Origin: a virus
Taxonomy: Duplodnaviria; Heunggongvirae; Uroviricota; Caudoviricetes
Direction: 5' to 3' (one strand)
Virus record (IMG/VR): IMGVR_UViG_3300027721_000009
Location: 64,001 to 98,976 of that record
Length of the DNA: 34,976 nt
The position numbers and the translations under genes were made by a program. This document shows positions 15,870-25,796 of this stretch, one piece after another (the first letter of the stretch is position 1; each line of letters starts with the position of its first letter). Below the pieces are notes generated by a model, which had not been told where the DNA came from, did not search any database, and saw only the letters and a program-made list of their open reading frames with translations.

Positions 15870-16912
15870 ACGACATGCGCTACTTTCTAGGCAAGGAAGG
15901 ATTCATCTGGTGGATGGGTGTGGTCGAAGACCGCAACGATCCGGAACAGTTGGGTCGCGTGCGCGTGCGCTGCTTTGGCTGGCACACGGATGATAAGAGT
16001 TTGATCCCCACAGATGCATTGCCTTGGGCGCATCCTGTGCATCCGGTTTCTGTGCCAGCCTCTTACACTCCGAAAGAGGGTGATTGGGTTGTGGGTTTCT
16101 TTGCGGATGCCAACTCCGCGCAACACCCGGTCATTCTCGGCGTACTCACCGGCAAGCCTAAGCTCAAGCCGGATACCGGGCTAGGCTTCTCTGATCCCGC
16201 AGGCGTGTATCCAAAGCGGCTGAATGAGTCTACGATGAACCGTCTGAGCCGTGGTCGCAAGGACGGTACGATTCATGAGACTCGCTCGCGCAATCTCAAG
16301 CAGGGAGTGAAAGTAGTCGGTGGTTCCACATGGAACGAACCAGAGCCTACCTTTGCTCCGCAGTATCCATTCAACTTCGCGATTGAGTCTGAGTCAGGTC
16401 ACTCATTTGAACTGGATGATACCACAGGCGCAGAGCGCGTTCACCTAGCACATAAGAACGGAAGCTACATTGAGTTCGATGCGCAGGGCAACCGTGTCGA
16501 GAAGATTGTCAAAGACAAGTTCACAGTAGTCGTCGGCAACGATAGCGTTTCCATCGACGGCGTGTGCAACATCACGGTCACTGGCGACTGCAACCTCAAG
16601 ACGGGTGGAAGCCTCAATATCGAAGCGGCTAAGAACGTCAATATCTCCGCAGGCAAGGATGTTCGCATCAAAGCCGGTGGCAAGTTCATGGCAGAAGGCA
16701 ACACCGTGGACGTAAAGGGCAAGGGTGCCGTCAAGGTAGGCGGCGGTGGCAAGTTGTCGCTCAAGGGCAAGTCCACGGCTGTCCAAGGATCGTCCGTCAC
16801 TCTCGGTGGCAAGGTATCCAACAAGGTCAAGACTAAGCATGGCATTGGCAAGATTCTGCCGACCGGCTCCGCAGCCTCTCCATCTAACACCGGCTTGAAG
16901 AGTCCATCATGA
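15866..16912 (+). CDS. gp5: Baseplate central spike gp5 (OB-fold plus beta-helix, no lysozyme domain)
   Basis: WWMGVVEDRNDPEQLGRVRVRCFGWH, LPWA, GDWVVGFF, ESESGHSFELDDT.GAERVHLAHKNGSY. Confidence 0.93.
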   Translation: MNDMRYFLGKEGFIWWMGVVEDRNDPEQLGRVRVRCFGWHTDDKSLIPTDALPWAHPVHPVSVPASYTPKEGDWVVGFFADANSAQHPVILGVLTGKPKLKPDTGLGFSDPAGVYPKRLNESTMNRLSRGRKDGTIHETRSRNLKQGVKVVGGSTWNEPEPTFAPQYPFNFAIESESGHSFELDDTTGAERVHLAHKNGSYIEFDAQGNRVEKIVKDKFTVVVGNDSVSIDGVCNITVTGDCNLKTGGSLNIEAAKNVNISAGKDVRIKAGGKFMAEGNTVDVKGKGAVKVGGGGKLSLKGKSTAVQGSSVTLGGKVSNKVKTKHGIGKILPTGSAASPSNTGLKSPS

Positions 16913-18552
16913 TGAAGACCATCTACGAACAAGCAATCGCCGCTCAGAAAGCCATCTTCGATATCATGAATGGTCGTCGGGGTGGTTTGACTAAGGCTGA
17001 CGTAATTCCGTTCGAAGACACCATGAATGGGCTGTCGGGTGAAATCGTCAATCTGGAACCGGACCTACAACGAGTCATTCAGAACAACAACGTCGAGATT
17101 ATCGCAAGAGGCAACTCTGCGGGTGTGTCCGTCGAGCTTCATGACTCCGTGCTGCCGAAGGAAGACCGTGCCAAGACCGAGTTTGATGTAACCACACTCA
17201 CGGCAAAGCAGTTGTATCCACGCACCGAAAGTGTGCAGATCATACGGGATGATATGGGAGACAGTCCGACTGTCACCGTAGCAAATGTAGCTACATTTGT
17301 TGCAAATGTTACTACGGATACCATCGTCCTTTCCGAAGAGGACGAGATTGATCCTGTGTTCGAAGAGATAGATCAGGAAGCCGAGGATCAGGTCGAAGAG
17401 CCTCTCGCAACGCAACAGAATGAAACCGTACCGTATCTCTCGGATGCGATGACGCAGCTTGCTCTGACAGCCGCAGCCAATGCCAATGGGTTGCAAGCAG
17501 GTCTGACTACCTTCTCGTACAACCCGCTCGCATCACTGATTGACAACACTAAAGCACTACTGCTCTACTACACCGAGAACAACTACGCCAATCTGAATAC
17601 TGCGTTGTCGGGTGTGAACAACGATCCGTCCCTATCCTCTCAGTGGAAGGAGCTACAGAACTCCATCGGCGGTAACGATGGTCTGTCAGCCGCCGTCGCT
17701 CAGTTGGACAACTTCAAGGATCACACCGACCGGCTATCCGGACTGGTGTTGGATGAAGACTCTCCGAATGCCGAGCCGACCGACGATTCGGTGGACGACT
17801 TCCTCACCCTGAATGACTTCTCGGGTGGTCCAACCCTGATCTTCTCGTTCAACGCTCGCAAGTTCCGTAGCGCAAAGTATCTCATTCAGGCATCGGCTGA
17901 CCTCACGGATCGTGGGCATCAGGGTACGGAAATCTACATTCTGCATGACAATCACCACGCATTCACCCGCGAAGTGACTGGCATCTATACGCAGGAGCCG
18001 TTTGTCACGTACACCACGCGCCTTTTGAACAATAACGTGGAGGTCTTTGCCACTTCCAACGTTTCTAACACTAATTTCGTGATCACTGGCACCCGTCTAC
18101 AGATTGCGAAGGCATCCAAGACCTATGCCGAAATGAGCCAACAGAAGGTCATCGAACTCCACGAACTCATGGCAGTCTATCTGGACGACGGCGTGGACTA
18201 CGTTGCCCTTTGCTCTGCGTCCTTGCTCATGCCGTCCCTTGTGGCTAATCTCGGTCGAGAGTTCCGCGACATGTTGAACACCATATCGAACGGTGGATTC
18301 TTGTCTCAGTCTACGCCTCAGAAGCAGGCTGGATTGCTCCAATGGGCATCTACCCTGCGCACTCGTTGGGGAGAGATTCAGGCTCAGATGGATGCCGACT
18401 GGAACAACTTTGTGGAAACGCGGCGCAAGACGGAAGCGTTCGACATTGCCTACAACCTGACGGTCGCATACACCGACGAGAGTGGCAATGCCATTCCGTC
18501 AGCAACGCTAAATAGTGCGACAATCCAAGCTATTGAAGCAGATGAGGAATGA
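16909..18552 (+). CDS. Probable virion structural protein, 547 aa
   Basis: Between gp5 and gp25; includes FRSAKYLIQ..HQGTEIYILHD, a module seen in T4-like virion proteins. Confidence 0.6.
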   Translation: MMKTIYEQAIAAQKAIFDIMNGRRGGLTKADVIPFEDTMNGLSGEIVNLEPDLQRVIQNNNVEIIARGNSAGVSVELHDSVLPKEDRAKTEFDVTTLTAKQLYPRTESVQIIRDDMGDSPTVTVANVATFVANVTTDTIVLSEEDEIDPVFEEIDQEAEDQVEEPLATQQNETVPYLSDAMTQLALTAAANANGLQAGLTTFSYNPLASLIDNTKALLLYYTENNYANLNTALSGVNNDPSLSSQWKELQNSIGGNDGLSAAVAQLDNFKDHTDRLSGLVLDEDSPNAEPTDDSVDDFLTLNDFSGGPTLIFSFNARKFRSAKYLIQASADLTDRGHQGTEIYILHDNHHAFTREVTGIYTQEPFVTYTTRLLNNNVEVFATSNVSNTNFVITGTRLQIAKASKTYAEMSQQKVIELHELMAVYLDDGVDYVALCSASLLMPSLVANLGREFRDMLNTISNGGFLSQSTPQKQAGLLQWASTLRTRWGEIQAQMDADWNNFVETRRKTEAFDIAYNLTVAYTDESGNAIPSATLNSATIQAIEADEE

Positions 18553-18944
18553 TGGCAGTCACCAAACGACAATTCAGCGACATTGACCTCAACTTTACGG
18601 CTCACCCTATTACCGGGGATGTGGCTAAGAAGGTGGGTGACGATGCCATTATTCAGTCGATTGTGACCCTTCTGCTTTCTGGAAAGTATGAGAGGTTGAT
18701 GCAGCCGAATATCTATTCCAACCTCAAAAGAAATCTGTTTGAGCCGTTGGATAGTATTACCGCATCGTCCCTCAAGAATGAGGTCGAGTCTGTTATCGGT
18801 AAGTATGAGCCTAGAGTCAGTCTGACCGAGGTTAATGTGACACCAGACTATGACAACAACGGATACACAGTTACCATAACCTTCTTCATTGTCAATCAAA
18901 CGAATCCTATTACGATTGACCTATTCCTAGAGAGAATTCGATAA
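18549..18944 (+). CDS. gp25: Baseplate wedge subunit gp25
   Basis: FSDIDLNFTAHPITGDV, AIIQSI..LL.GKYER, LFEPLD, IGKYEPRV, LFLERIR. Confidence 0.95.
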   Translation: MMAVTKRQFSDIDLNFTAHPITGDVAKKVGDDAIIQSIVTLLLSGKYERLMQPNIYSNLKRNLFEPLDSITASSLKNEVESVIGKYEPRVSLTEVNVTPDYDNNGYTVTITFFIVNQTNPITIDLFLERIR

Positions 18945-19096
18945 TGAAAACGTTCAAACAACTAAGAGAAGGCTTGATGTATCAGGGTAAGCCTATGCTA
19001 CCCAAGACCAAAAAGCCAGAACAGACGGTCAAGAAAGCCACTGTCGGTGGTCACAAGACGTTCCAGAAGAGAGCAAGTAGGAAGATCGGACAATGA
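18944..19096 (+). CDS. 50-aa basic protein with MKTFKQLRE N-terminus (internal-protein-like)
   Basis: TAATG overlap with gene 25 and ATGA overlap with gene 6; not in the ORF track. Confidence 0.7.
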   Translation: MKTFKQLREGLMYQGKPMLPKTKKPEQTVKKATVGGHKTFQKRASRKIGQ

Positions 19097-21147
19097 CCAC
19101 GCCAACCAAGATCACAGAACTGGACTTTGACACGATCAAAGCCAACCTCAAGGAATACCTCAAGACGCAGCCGGAATTCACCGACTACAACTTCGACGGT
19201 AGTGGCTTGAGTATTCTGTTGGACGTTCTAGCCTACAACACGCACTACATGGGCTACTACATGAACATGATGGCTAACGAAATGTTCATCGACACCGCAC
19301 AACTGCGGCAGTCGGTGGTTAGCCATGCAAAACTTTTGGGTTACACGCCTCGCTCTCGCGTGGCATCCCAAGCAACGATCAATGTCGCGTTTCAGGAAGT
19401 CATGGGCGGTTCCAACTCCGCAATGACCCTGCCTAAGTTCACCAAATTCACCTCGGCACCCAAGGATTCCAAGTCCTACACGTTCGTCACGGTCGAGCAG
19501 CGAGTCGCTTCTAAGAACAACGCAGGCTACTTCAACTTCGAAAACCTACAGATCAAGGAAGGCAACCCTGTCTCCTATGTCTTCACCTATGACGCTCAGA
19601 CTAATGAGAAGCAAGTGTTCGTTCTGCCAGATGTGGGCATTGATACGTCCACGCTGACCGTTCAGATCCAGAAGAGCGCAACGAACTTCTCACTGGAAAC
19701 CTTCGAACTCGCGCAGGATGCCACCACGGTTGTCTCAGATGCGCCAGTCTATTACCTAGAAGAGAATCGCAACGGTCGCTATCAGATCAGCTTCGGTGAC
19801 GGTATTCTAGGTGCAGCCCTAGAGAACGGCAACATCGTGATCGTTTCCTACGTGGTGACTTCCGGTGACTCAGCCAATGGCATTCGCACCTTCAAGCTCT
19901 CCGACAATCCAATGCCGGGAGCAGCCGTCACCATCGTTCTCTCCACTGAGTCTTCATCGGGTAAGCTAGAGGAAACCACCGAGAACATCAAGTTCACCGC
20001 ACCCAAGAGCTTCATTGCTCAGAACCGTGCCGTAACTAAGAACGATTACGTAGCACTAATCAACAAGAACTATCCTTACTTCGACTCGGTTGCGGTATGG
20101 GGCGGCGAAGAGAACGTTCCGCCTGTCTACGGCAAGATTTTCTTCTCGGTCAAGCCTCGCGGCAACTACGAAGTCACTCAGTCCGAGATTCAGCAGCTAA
20201 AGGATGAAGTCCTTGCGCCTATCTCCGTACTGACCGTCACGCCTGAGTATGTCGCACCTGACTACAACTACATGAACTTTGTGGTTGATGTGGTCTATGA
20301 CCCTCGCAAGACCACTAAGACCGCAGGCGGCATTCAGACAGCCGTGTACAACGCAGTTCTAGGATTCTCCGAAGACTATCTGAATACGTTCAACAACACG
20401 TTCAAGATGAGCAAGCTGATTCGTGCGGTGGACGATGCGGATCCTTCCATTGAGAACAACTCCATTCGCGTCCTCATTGAGAAGCGGTTCCGTCCATTGC
20501 TCAATCAGGCTAAGTCCTATAAGATCGACTTCTACGTGCCTCTCAAGAAGGGAACGGCACTGGATCGACTCTACTCCGAGCCATCGTTCGGATATGTGGA
20601 CGAGTTCAACATCGAACGTGTCGCATTCATCGAAGAAGTTCCTCAGTCCTTCACCGGCATTGACGAAATCGAAGTGCTTGCGACCGGCGACCAGTATACC
20701 TCCATCCCTACGATCACTATCGAAGGCGACGGGCAGGGTGCGGTTGCGCAAGCCGTCATCGTCAACGGCAAACTCAAGAGCGTAGTCGTAACCAACTCCG
20801 GTTCAGGATACTCGGCTGCGGTGGCGCGTGTCGTCGGTGGCGAAGGTTCTGGCGCAGAACTCCGTTGCGTATTGCAGGGTAAGAAGGGTTCGCTACGAAT
20901 CTTCTACTACGATGCGAACAACATCAAGCGCGTGATCAACCAGAATGCAGGCACGATCTACTATGACGATGGCTATCTGGTTCTGGATAGCTTCATGCCA
21001 ACCTCCATTTCGGACCCGTTCGGCACGCTAGTCTTCAAGGCAAATCCAAATACGAACGTCTTCTCCACGACCCGAAACGCAATCCTGACTCTGGACACCA
21101 CAGATCCAGCCGCAATCGACATTAGAGTTAGCGCGGTATCGCAGTAA
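19093..21147 (+). CDS. gp6: Baseplate wedge subunit gp6
   Basis: ITELDFDTIKANLKEYL, FTDYNFDGSGLSILLDVLAYNTHY, ANEMFIDTAQLRQSVVSHAKLLGYTPRS, QNRAVTKNDY. Confidence 0.97.
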   Translation: MTTPTKITELDFDTIKANLKEYLKTQPEFTDYNFDGSGLSILLDVLAYNTHYMGYYMNMMANEMFIDTAQLRQSVVSHAKLLGYTPRSRVASQATINVAFQEVMGGSNSAMTLPKFTKFTSAPKDSKSYTFVTVEQRVASKNNAGYFNFENLQIKEGNPVSYVFTYDAQTNEKQVFVLPDVGIDTSTLTVQIQKSATNFSLETFELAQDATTVVSDAPVYYLEENRNGRYQISFGDGILGAALENGNIVIVSYVVTSGDSANGIRTFKLSDNPMPGAAVTIVLSTESSSGKLEETTENIKFTAPKSFIAQNRAVTKNDYVALINKNYPYFDSVAVWGGEENVPPVYGKIFFSVKPRGNYEVTQSEIQQLKDEVLAPISVLTVTPEYVAPDYNYMNFVVDVVYDPRKTTKTAGGIQTAVYNAVLGFSEDYLNTFNNTFKMSKLIRAVDDADPSIENNSIRVLIEKRFRPLLNQAKSYKIDFYVPLKKGTALDRLYSEPSFGYVDEFNIERVAFIEEVPQSFTGIDEIEVLATGDQYTSIPTITIEGDGQGAVAQAVIVNGKLKSVVVTNSGSGYSAAVARVVGGEGSGAELRCVLQGKKGSLRIFYYDANNIKRVINQNAGTIYYDDGYLVLDSFMPTSISDPFGTLVFKANPNTNVFSTTRNAILTLDTTDPAAIDIRVSAVSQ

Positions 21148-24100
21148 TGGCAACAGCAGAGAAAACAGTATCCGCGTTGATCAACCGGCAGTTGCCGGAT
21201 TTCATTCGTGCGGACCATCCTAAGTTCAAGCAGTTCCTTGAAGTCTACTACCGTTGGCTTGAGGACGAGAGCAAGGGTAATACTGTCTATCACATCATGC
21301 GGTCTGGTGAGTATCGGGACATTGATACCACGTTGGATCCGTTCATTCGCCTGTTCAAGCAGGAACTCCTACCGTACTTTCCTGAACGCTCTGAGCTTGA
21401 TCTGATCAAGATCCTCAAGGGTGCGCGTAGCTTCTACGTCAAGAAGGGTTCCGAAGAGTCCGTCAAGTGGCTGTTCCGGGTTCTGTTCGGGCAGGATGTA
21501 GAAGTCTACTATCCTAAGCAGCAGATTCTCATTGCCTCGGACGGTAAGTGGAAGCAGCCCAAGGCATTCCAGTTGACGCTATCGCAAGCCAATCAGGGCA
21601 TCGACGCGAACCTTCTGGAACGTCACAAGGCTACCGGTTCTATCTCTAAGGCTACTTGCGTCATCGAAAGCGCGAATCGCACCATTGACCGTACCTTCGG
21701 AACAGAAATCCTTGAACTGTACGTGTCGAACGTTCAGAAGACATTCACCAATGGTGAGAACCTTGAGATTCCTTACGTCGATGAAAACGGCGTGGAACAG
21801 GTATTCATCGAAAAGATCATCGGCGCGATTTCGAACATTCTTGTCGATTCCAACATTCGTACAGACCCACAGCAGAAGCGCAGAGGTCTTACGTACAACG
21901 TGGGCGACCCGATTGTGGTCTTTGGTGGTCTGGCTAACACTGCCGAAGCGAAAGATGCTGTCGCAGTGGTTGGCAACGTCACCGTGGGATCCATCGAAGG
22001 TCTACAGGTCATCTTCCCCGGCTACGGCTATCGCGTCTACTCCAACACAGAAACGGTAGTCTATCGCAGTACGGGTGACGATCCCGCAGCCAACACCTCG
22101 ACCGACATTCGCGTTGTGGGTATCAATACGTTCGATTCAGGTACCAACTCACAAGCCAAGTTCATTGAGACTGTCTCGGTAGACAAGCTGCCGATTGAGT
22201 ACATGGCATCCGTCCTGATCAATGCCGGTGACTATGCGGTGATGACGGGTAACAACCGCAACATCGTGTTGTCTGTAAACAACGACGGCGACCCATGGTA
22301 CAACAACGAACGAGTCTATGCGAACGGTGCTTCCTACGAGACTGCGAACTTCACCGCACAGGTTCTTACCGCGAATAGTGGTTGGGCAGGCGGTCCTGCG
22401 CAGATCATTCTCTACAACGTAGCGAACACCGTTCCTCTCACGACCTCGGGCTTCCTTGTCGGCACAGACAAGCTTATCTCGACCGAATCAGGTTCCGTCT
22501 TCAATGTCGCGTCCGTGGTGGCTCAGAGCATTCCAGCCAACTCGGATTCGCAGATCATTCAAGCTCTCACCTACGAGTCCATTGAGACTGGTGGTGTCGC
22601 GCTCTACAACATCATCAACGGTGGCTATGGATTCAGATCTACGCCTCAGATTACCACTAAGTCCTATTACGATACTTTCTTATCGGAAAACTATGCCTAC
22701 GGAACTGCGAACAACGCACTCTACCGGCAGGAGATTGGAGTCTTCGGTAAGGTCGCGCACATCTACATCAACAACCCCGGAACCGGCTATGCGAACGGAC
22801 AGGCAATCGTAGTCACCGGTCGCGGCTATGGCTTCACTGGTTACGTCAACGTCAATGCGACTGGCGCAATCATGACTACCACGATCACCAATCGCGGCGA
22901 AGGCTATACGGGAACGAGAAGCGTTTCCATCACTGGCGGCGGATCGGGCGCGGCACTCACGGCATACGGCTTCGGAGAGGGTGTGACCATCGGTGTCGAA
23001 ACGGGTGCAATCGGTCGCGTCCGTGACGTTCGACTCACCTATCGCGGATTCGACTATATCAACACGCCTCTCGTTTCGTTCAAGGTCATGGACATGATCA
23101 TCGACGGAATTCTGGAAGCAGAATCCCTGTCCGAAGGCGAGCGCGTCTATCAGGGTGCGACTCTTGAGACTGCAACTTTCCAAGGCATCATCAAGTCCTA
23201 CAACCGTTCGACTCGGCTATTGCGCCTCTTCAACTTCTCAGGTGCATCCTACTCTTCCTTCAACAAGACGCTAGAGTTCACCTCTGAGGGTGGCGTGAAG
23301 TTCTTTGTCGATCCGGATCCTGCTTCGCGAGTTCCGGCACCGGCAGACTATCCGCCTAGTGTCGTTTCAGCCGGTCTAGACAATCCATGGTTCTACGGCA
23401 ACGGCAAGGCTAAGGGTATCGCAGAGTTCTTTGCCGGTCTGATTCAGTTCACCGGCTTCTACCTCAACACGGACGGCTTCCTCTCTTCGGACAAGAAGAT
23501 GCAGGACGACAAGACTTATCACAATTACTCCTACGTCATTGAGTCTGAGAAGAGCCTTGCTGAGTACGAGAACACGATGAAGGATATCGTCCACCCTATC
23601 GGCATGTCCATGCTCGCGAAGATGGTCGCTCGTTCGGAACTGAGAGAAACGATTCTCACCAACTCCATCGTTTCCATCAATCCGGTCAACCCTGTGGGTT
23701 CGACGGTTTCCGTGGCTAACTCAGCCAATGCGAAGGTCACAGGAACCTCCACTGAATTCACGGATGCAACCGTGGGTGACATGCTCTGGATCATCGACAC
23801 GGATAACGAACTACGGAGTCAAGCCAAGGTCATCGTAGCCATCGACTCGGATACCTCGCTCAACGTGGAATCCAACTTTATCTACGTCGGGCAGGGCAAG
23901 TTGAGCATTACCTCGGCTTGCACCACAGCATACATCACCGGCAATGTGAATGTAGTCGGACACTTCATGCAGACGGGCGACCGCATTCGCTTCAATGTCG
24001 GCAACACCACGAATCCGGTCTTCGAAAGCTATACCATTACCCTCGGATCCGGTAATGCAATCTCCCTAAATAATGCAGCGAACACGACCAATACGGGTCT

Positions 24101-24167
24101 GGTCTATCTTGTGGTGCCAGATTACACCGGCAACTATGACTATGAAATCATCAAGGTAACGGAATAA
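21147..24167 (+). CDS. gp7: Baseplate wedge initiator gp7
   Basis: LINRQLPDFIRADHPKF.QFLEVYY, FYVKKGSEESVKWLFRVLFG, QDDKTYHNYSYVIES, VHPIGM; lies between gp6 and gp8. Confidence 0.85.
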   Translation: MATAEKTVSALINRQLPDFIRADHPKFKQFLEVYYRWLEDESKGNTVYHIMRSGEYRDIDTTLDPFIRLFKQELLPYFPERSELDLIKILKGARSFYVKKGSEESVKWLFRVLFGQDVEVYYPKQQILIASDGKWKQPKAFQLTLSQANQGIDANLLERHKATGSISKATCVIESANRTIDRTFGTEILELYVSNVQKTFTNGENLEIPYVDENGVEQVFIEKIIGAISNILVDSNIRTDPQQKRRGLTYNVGDPIVVFGGLANTAEAKDAVAVVGNVTVGSIEGLQVIFPGYGYRVYSNTETVVYRSTGDDPAANTSTDIRVVGINTFDSGTNSQAKFIETVSVDKLPIEYMASVLINAGDYAVMTGNNRNIVLSVNNDGDPWYNNERVYANGASYETANFTAQVLTANSGWAGGPAQIILYNVANTVPLTTSGFLVGTDKLISTESGSVFNVASVVAQSIPANSDSQIIQALTYESIETGGVALYNIINGGYGFRSTPQITTKSYYDTFLSENYAYGTANNALYRQEIGVFGKVAHIYINNPGTGYANGQAIVVTGRGYGFTGYVNVNATGAIMTTTITNRGEGYTGTRSVSITGGGSGAALTAYGFGEGVTIGVETGAIGRVRDVRLTYRGFDYINTPLVSFKVMDMIIDGILEAESLSEGERVYQGATLETATFQGIIKSYNRSTRLLRLFNFSGASYSSFNKTLEFTSEGGVKFFVDPDPASRVPAPADYPPSVVSAGLDNPWFYGNGKAKGIAEFFAGLIQFTGFYLNTDGFLSSDKKMQDDKTYHNYSYVIESEKSLAEYENTMKDIVHPIGMSMLAKMVARSELRETILTNSIVSINPVNPVGSTVSVANSANAKVTGTSTEFTDATVGDMLWIIDTDNELRSQAKVIVAIDSDTSLNVESNFIYVGQGKLSITSACTTAYITGNVNVVGHFMQTGDRIRFNVGNTTNPVFESYTITLGSGNAISLNNAANTTNTGLVYLVVPDYTGNYDYEIIKVTE

Positions 24168-24168
24168 T

Positions 24169-25785
24169 ATGAGCAAAGCAGCCATCACTCCACTTCTCAA
24201 GTTTGAGATTGTGGAAATCATCAAAGCGAACGTGTTCCCTACCTATGCGAACACGTACCTCTGCATTGGTCGCCCTACCCGTTGGGGTGACGATGCTGAC
24301 CCTGAACTCGCCACTGAAATCGAAGATGTGGTCTACTCGACCAACTACATCAACCAGACCTTCCGCGACATGATCGCAATGAAGCGAGTCGCTGCGGCTG
24401 ACACAGCCCTCGTTGTGCCTCGCGTGGATTGGGTCACTGGAACCCGCTACGACGAATATCGCGACGGTCTGGAACTCTTCTCCCATACCGACAAGCTGAC
24501 TCTAGGCGGCACGGTCAATGCTTCCGCGAATCTGATCACCACCAACACGGCTGTCTTCACCGGCAGTATCTCGGTAGGCAACACGATCACCCTCAATGCC
24601 GAGAGCAGGCAAGTAGTGGGTGTGAATGCCACGCACATTGTCGTCAACACTAATTTCACTTACGCTGTCCTAGACGGCACCGTTGTCCGCACCGACAACA
24701 CCTATCCTCACTTCGCGAACACGTTCTACGTGCGCAACTCCAAGGATCAGGTCTTCAAGTGCCTGCACAATGGCGCAGACAATGGTGTAGGCTTGCAATC
24801 CACCATTGAGCCTACCATTGACATTGACGGGCAGTTGCCTGAGAACCCATGGATTTCAACCTCGGATGGCTACAAGTGGAAGTATCTCTACACGATTCCT
24901 TACGGCTTGAAGCAGAAGTTCTTCACTCGCACATGGATGCCTGTGGTGGACGACAACGCGGTGGTCGCAGGGTCTACTTCCGGACGTATCGACATTGTGG
25001 AAATCCATGATGGCGGCACCGGCTACTTCCTCGACAACGGCGAATCGGGTAACGTCAGTTCCCTATCCATCATCACGATTGAGGGTGACGGTGTAGGTGC
25101 GGTGGCTACAGCCAGAATCGCATCGGGTGTCATCACCGAAGTCAACATTCTCAACGGTGGATCGGGCTATACCTATGCCGAAGTGGTGGTGAACGATCCT
25201 GACCAGTTGCCTACGGGTAATCTAGCCAACCTAGTCGCATCCATTTCTCCTCCGGGTGGACACGGATTCAATCCTCGCAAGGAACTCGGATGTTACTCAG
25301 TCATGACCTCGGTTGACTTTGTGGGAACCGAGACTGACACGATCCCGGTTGGCACGGACGTAGTTCCGTTCGACTTCCGCCAGATTGTTCTGTTGCGCGA
25401 CCCTATGCTCGCTAACGGTATCTTTGCCAACGGCAGTGTGTATCGCACAACGACCAAACTGAGCCTGACGGACCCCGGTACATCCAACTACACCAACGAC
25501 GAAACCGTGTACATCGGAACGAGTGAGGAAGACTCCACGTTTACCGCAACGGTGGTCAATTGGGATCCTAATACGAATGAGTTGTTCGTCAACAACATTC
25601 GGGGCGAGCCGACCATCGGATCTACCCTGACGGGTGGCGTTTCAGCCGCAACCTCGACCGTTCTTGGAGTCGAAGATCCTACCGTAGCCCTGTTTACGGG
25701 AGATCTCCTATATATTGAGAACAGAGACAAAATCGTTCGCGATGCCGACCAGACCGAGCAAATCAGACTCGTTCTATCATTCTAA
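24169..25785 (+). CDS. gp8: Baseplate wedge subunit gp8
   Basis: VVPRVDWVTGTRYDEY, FYVRNSKDQVFKCLHNG, DGYKWKYLYTI, SPPGGHG, FRQIVLLRDP, GDLLYIENR, EQIRLVLSF. Confidence 0.93.
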   Translation: MSKAAITPLLKFEIVEIIKANVFPTYANTYLCIGRPTRWGDDADPELATEIEDVVYSTNYINQTFRDMIAMKRVAAADTALVVPRVDWVTGTRYDEYRDGLELFSHTDKLTLGGTVNASANLITTNTAVFTGSISVGNTITLNAESRQVVGVNATHIVVNTNFTYAVLDGTVVRTDNTYPHFANTFYVRNSKDQVFKCLHNGADNGVGLQSTIEPTIDIDGQLPENPWISTSDGYKWKYLYTIPYGLKQKFFTRTWMPVVDDNAVVAGSTSGRIDIVEIHDGGTGYFLDNGESGNVSSLSIITIEGDGVGAVATARIASGVITEVNILNGGSGYTYAEVVVNDPDQLPTGNLANLVASISPPGGHGFNPRKELGCYSVMTSVDFVGTETDTIPVGTDVVPFDFRQIVLLRDPMLANGIFANGSVYRTTTKLSLTDPGTSNYTNDETVYIGTSEEDSTFTATVVNWDPNTNELFVNNIRGEPTIGSTLTGGVSAATSTVLGVEDPTVALFTGDLLYIENRDKIVRDADQTEQIRLVLSF

Positions 25786-25796
25786 GAGAGTAACCC

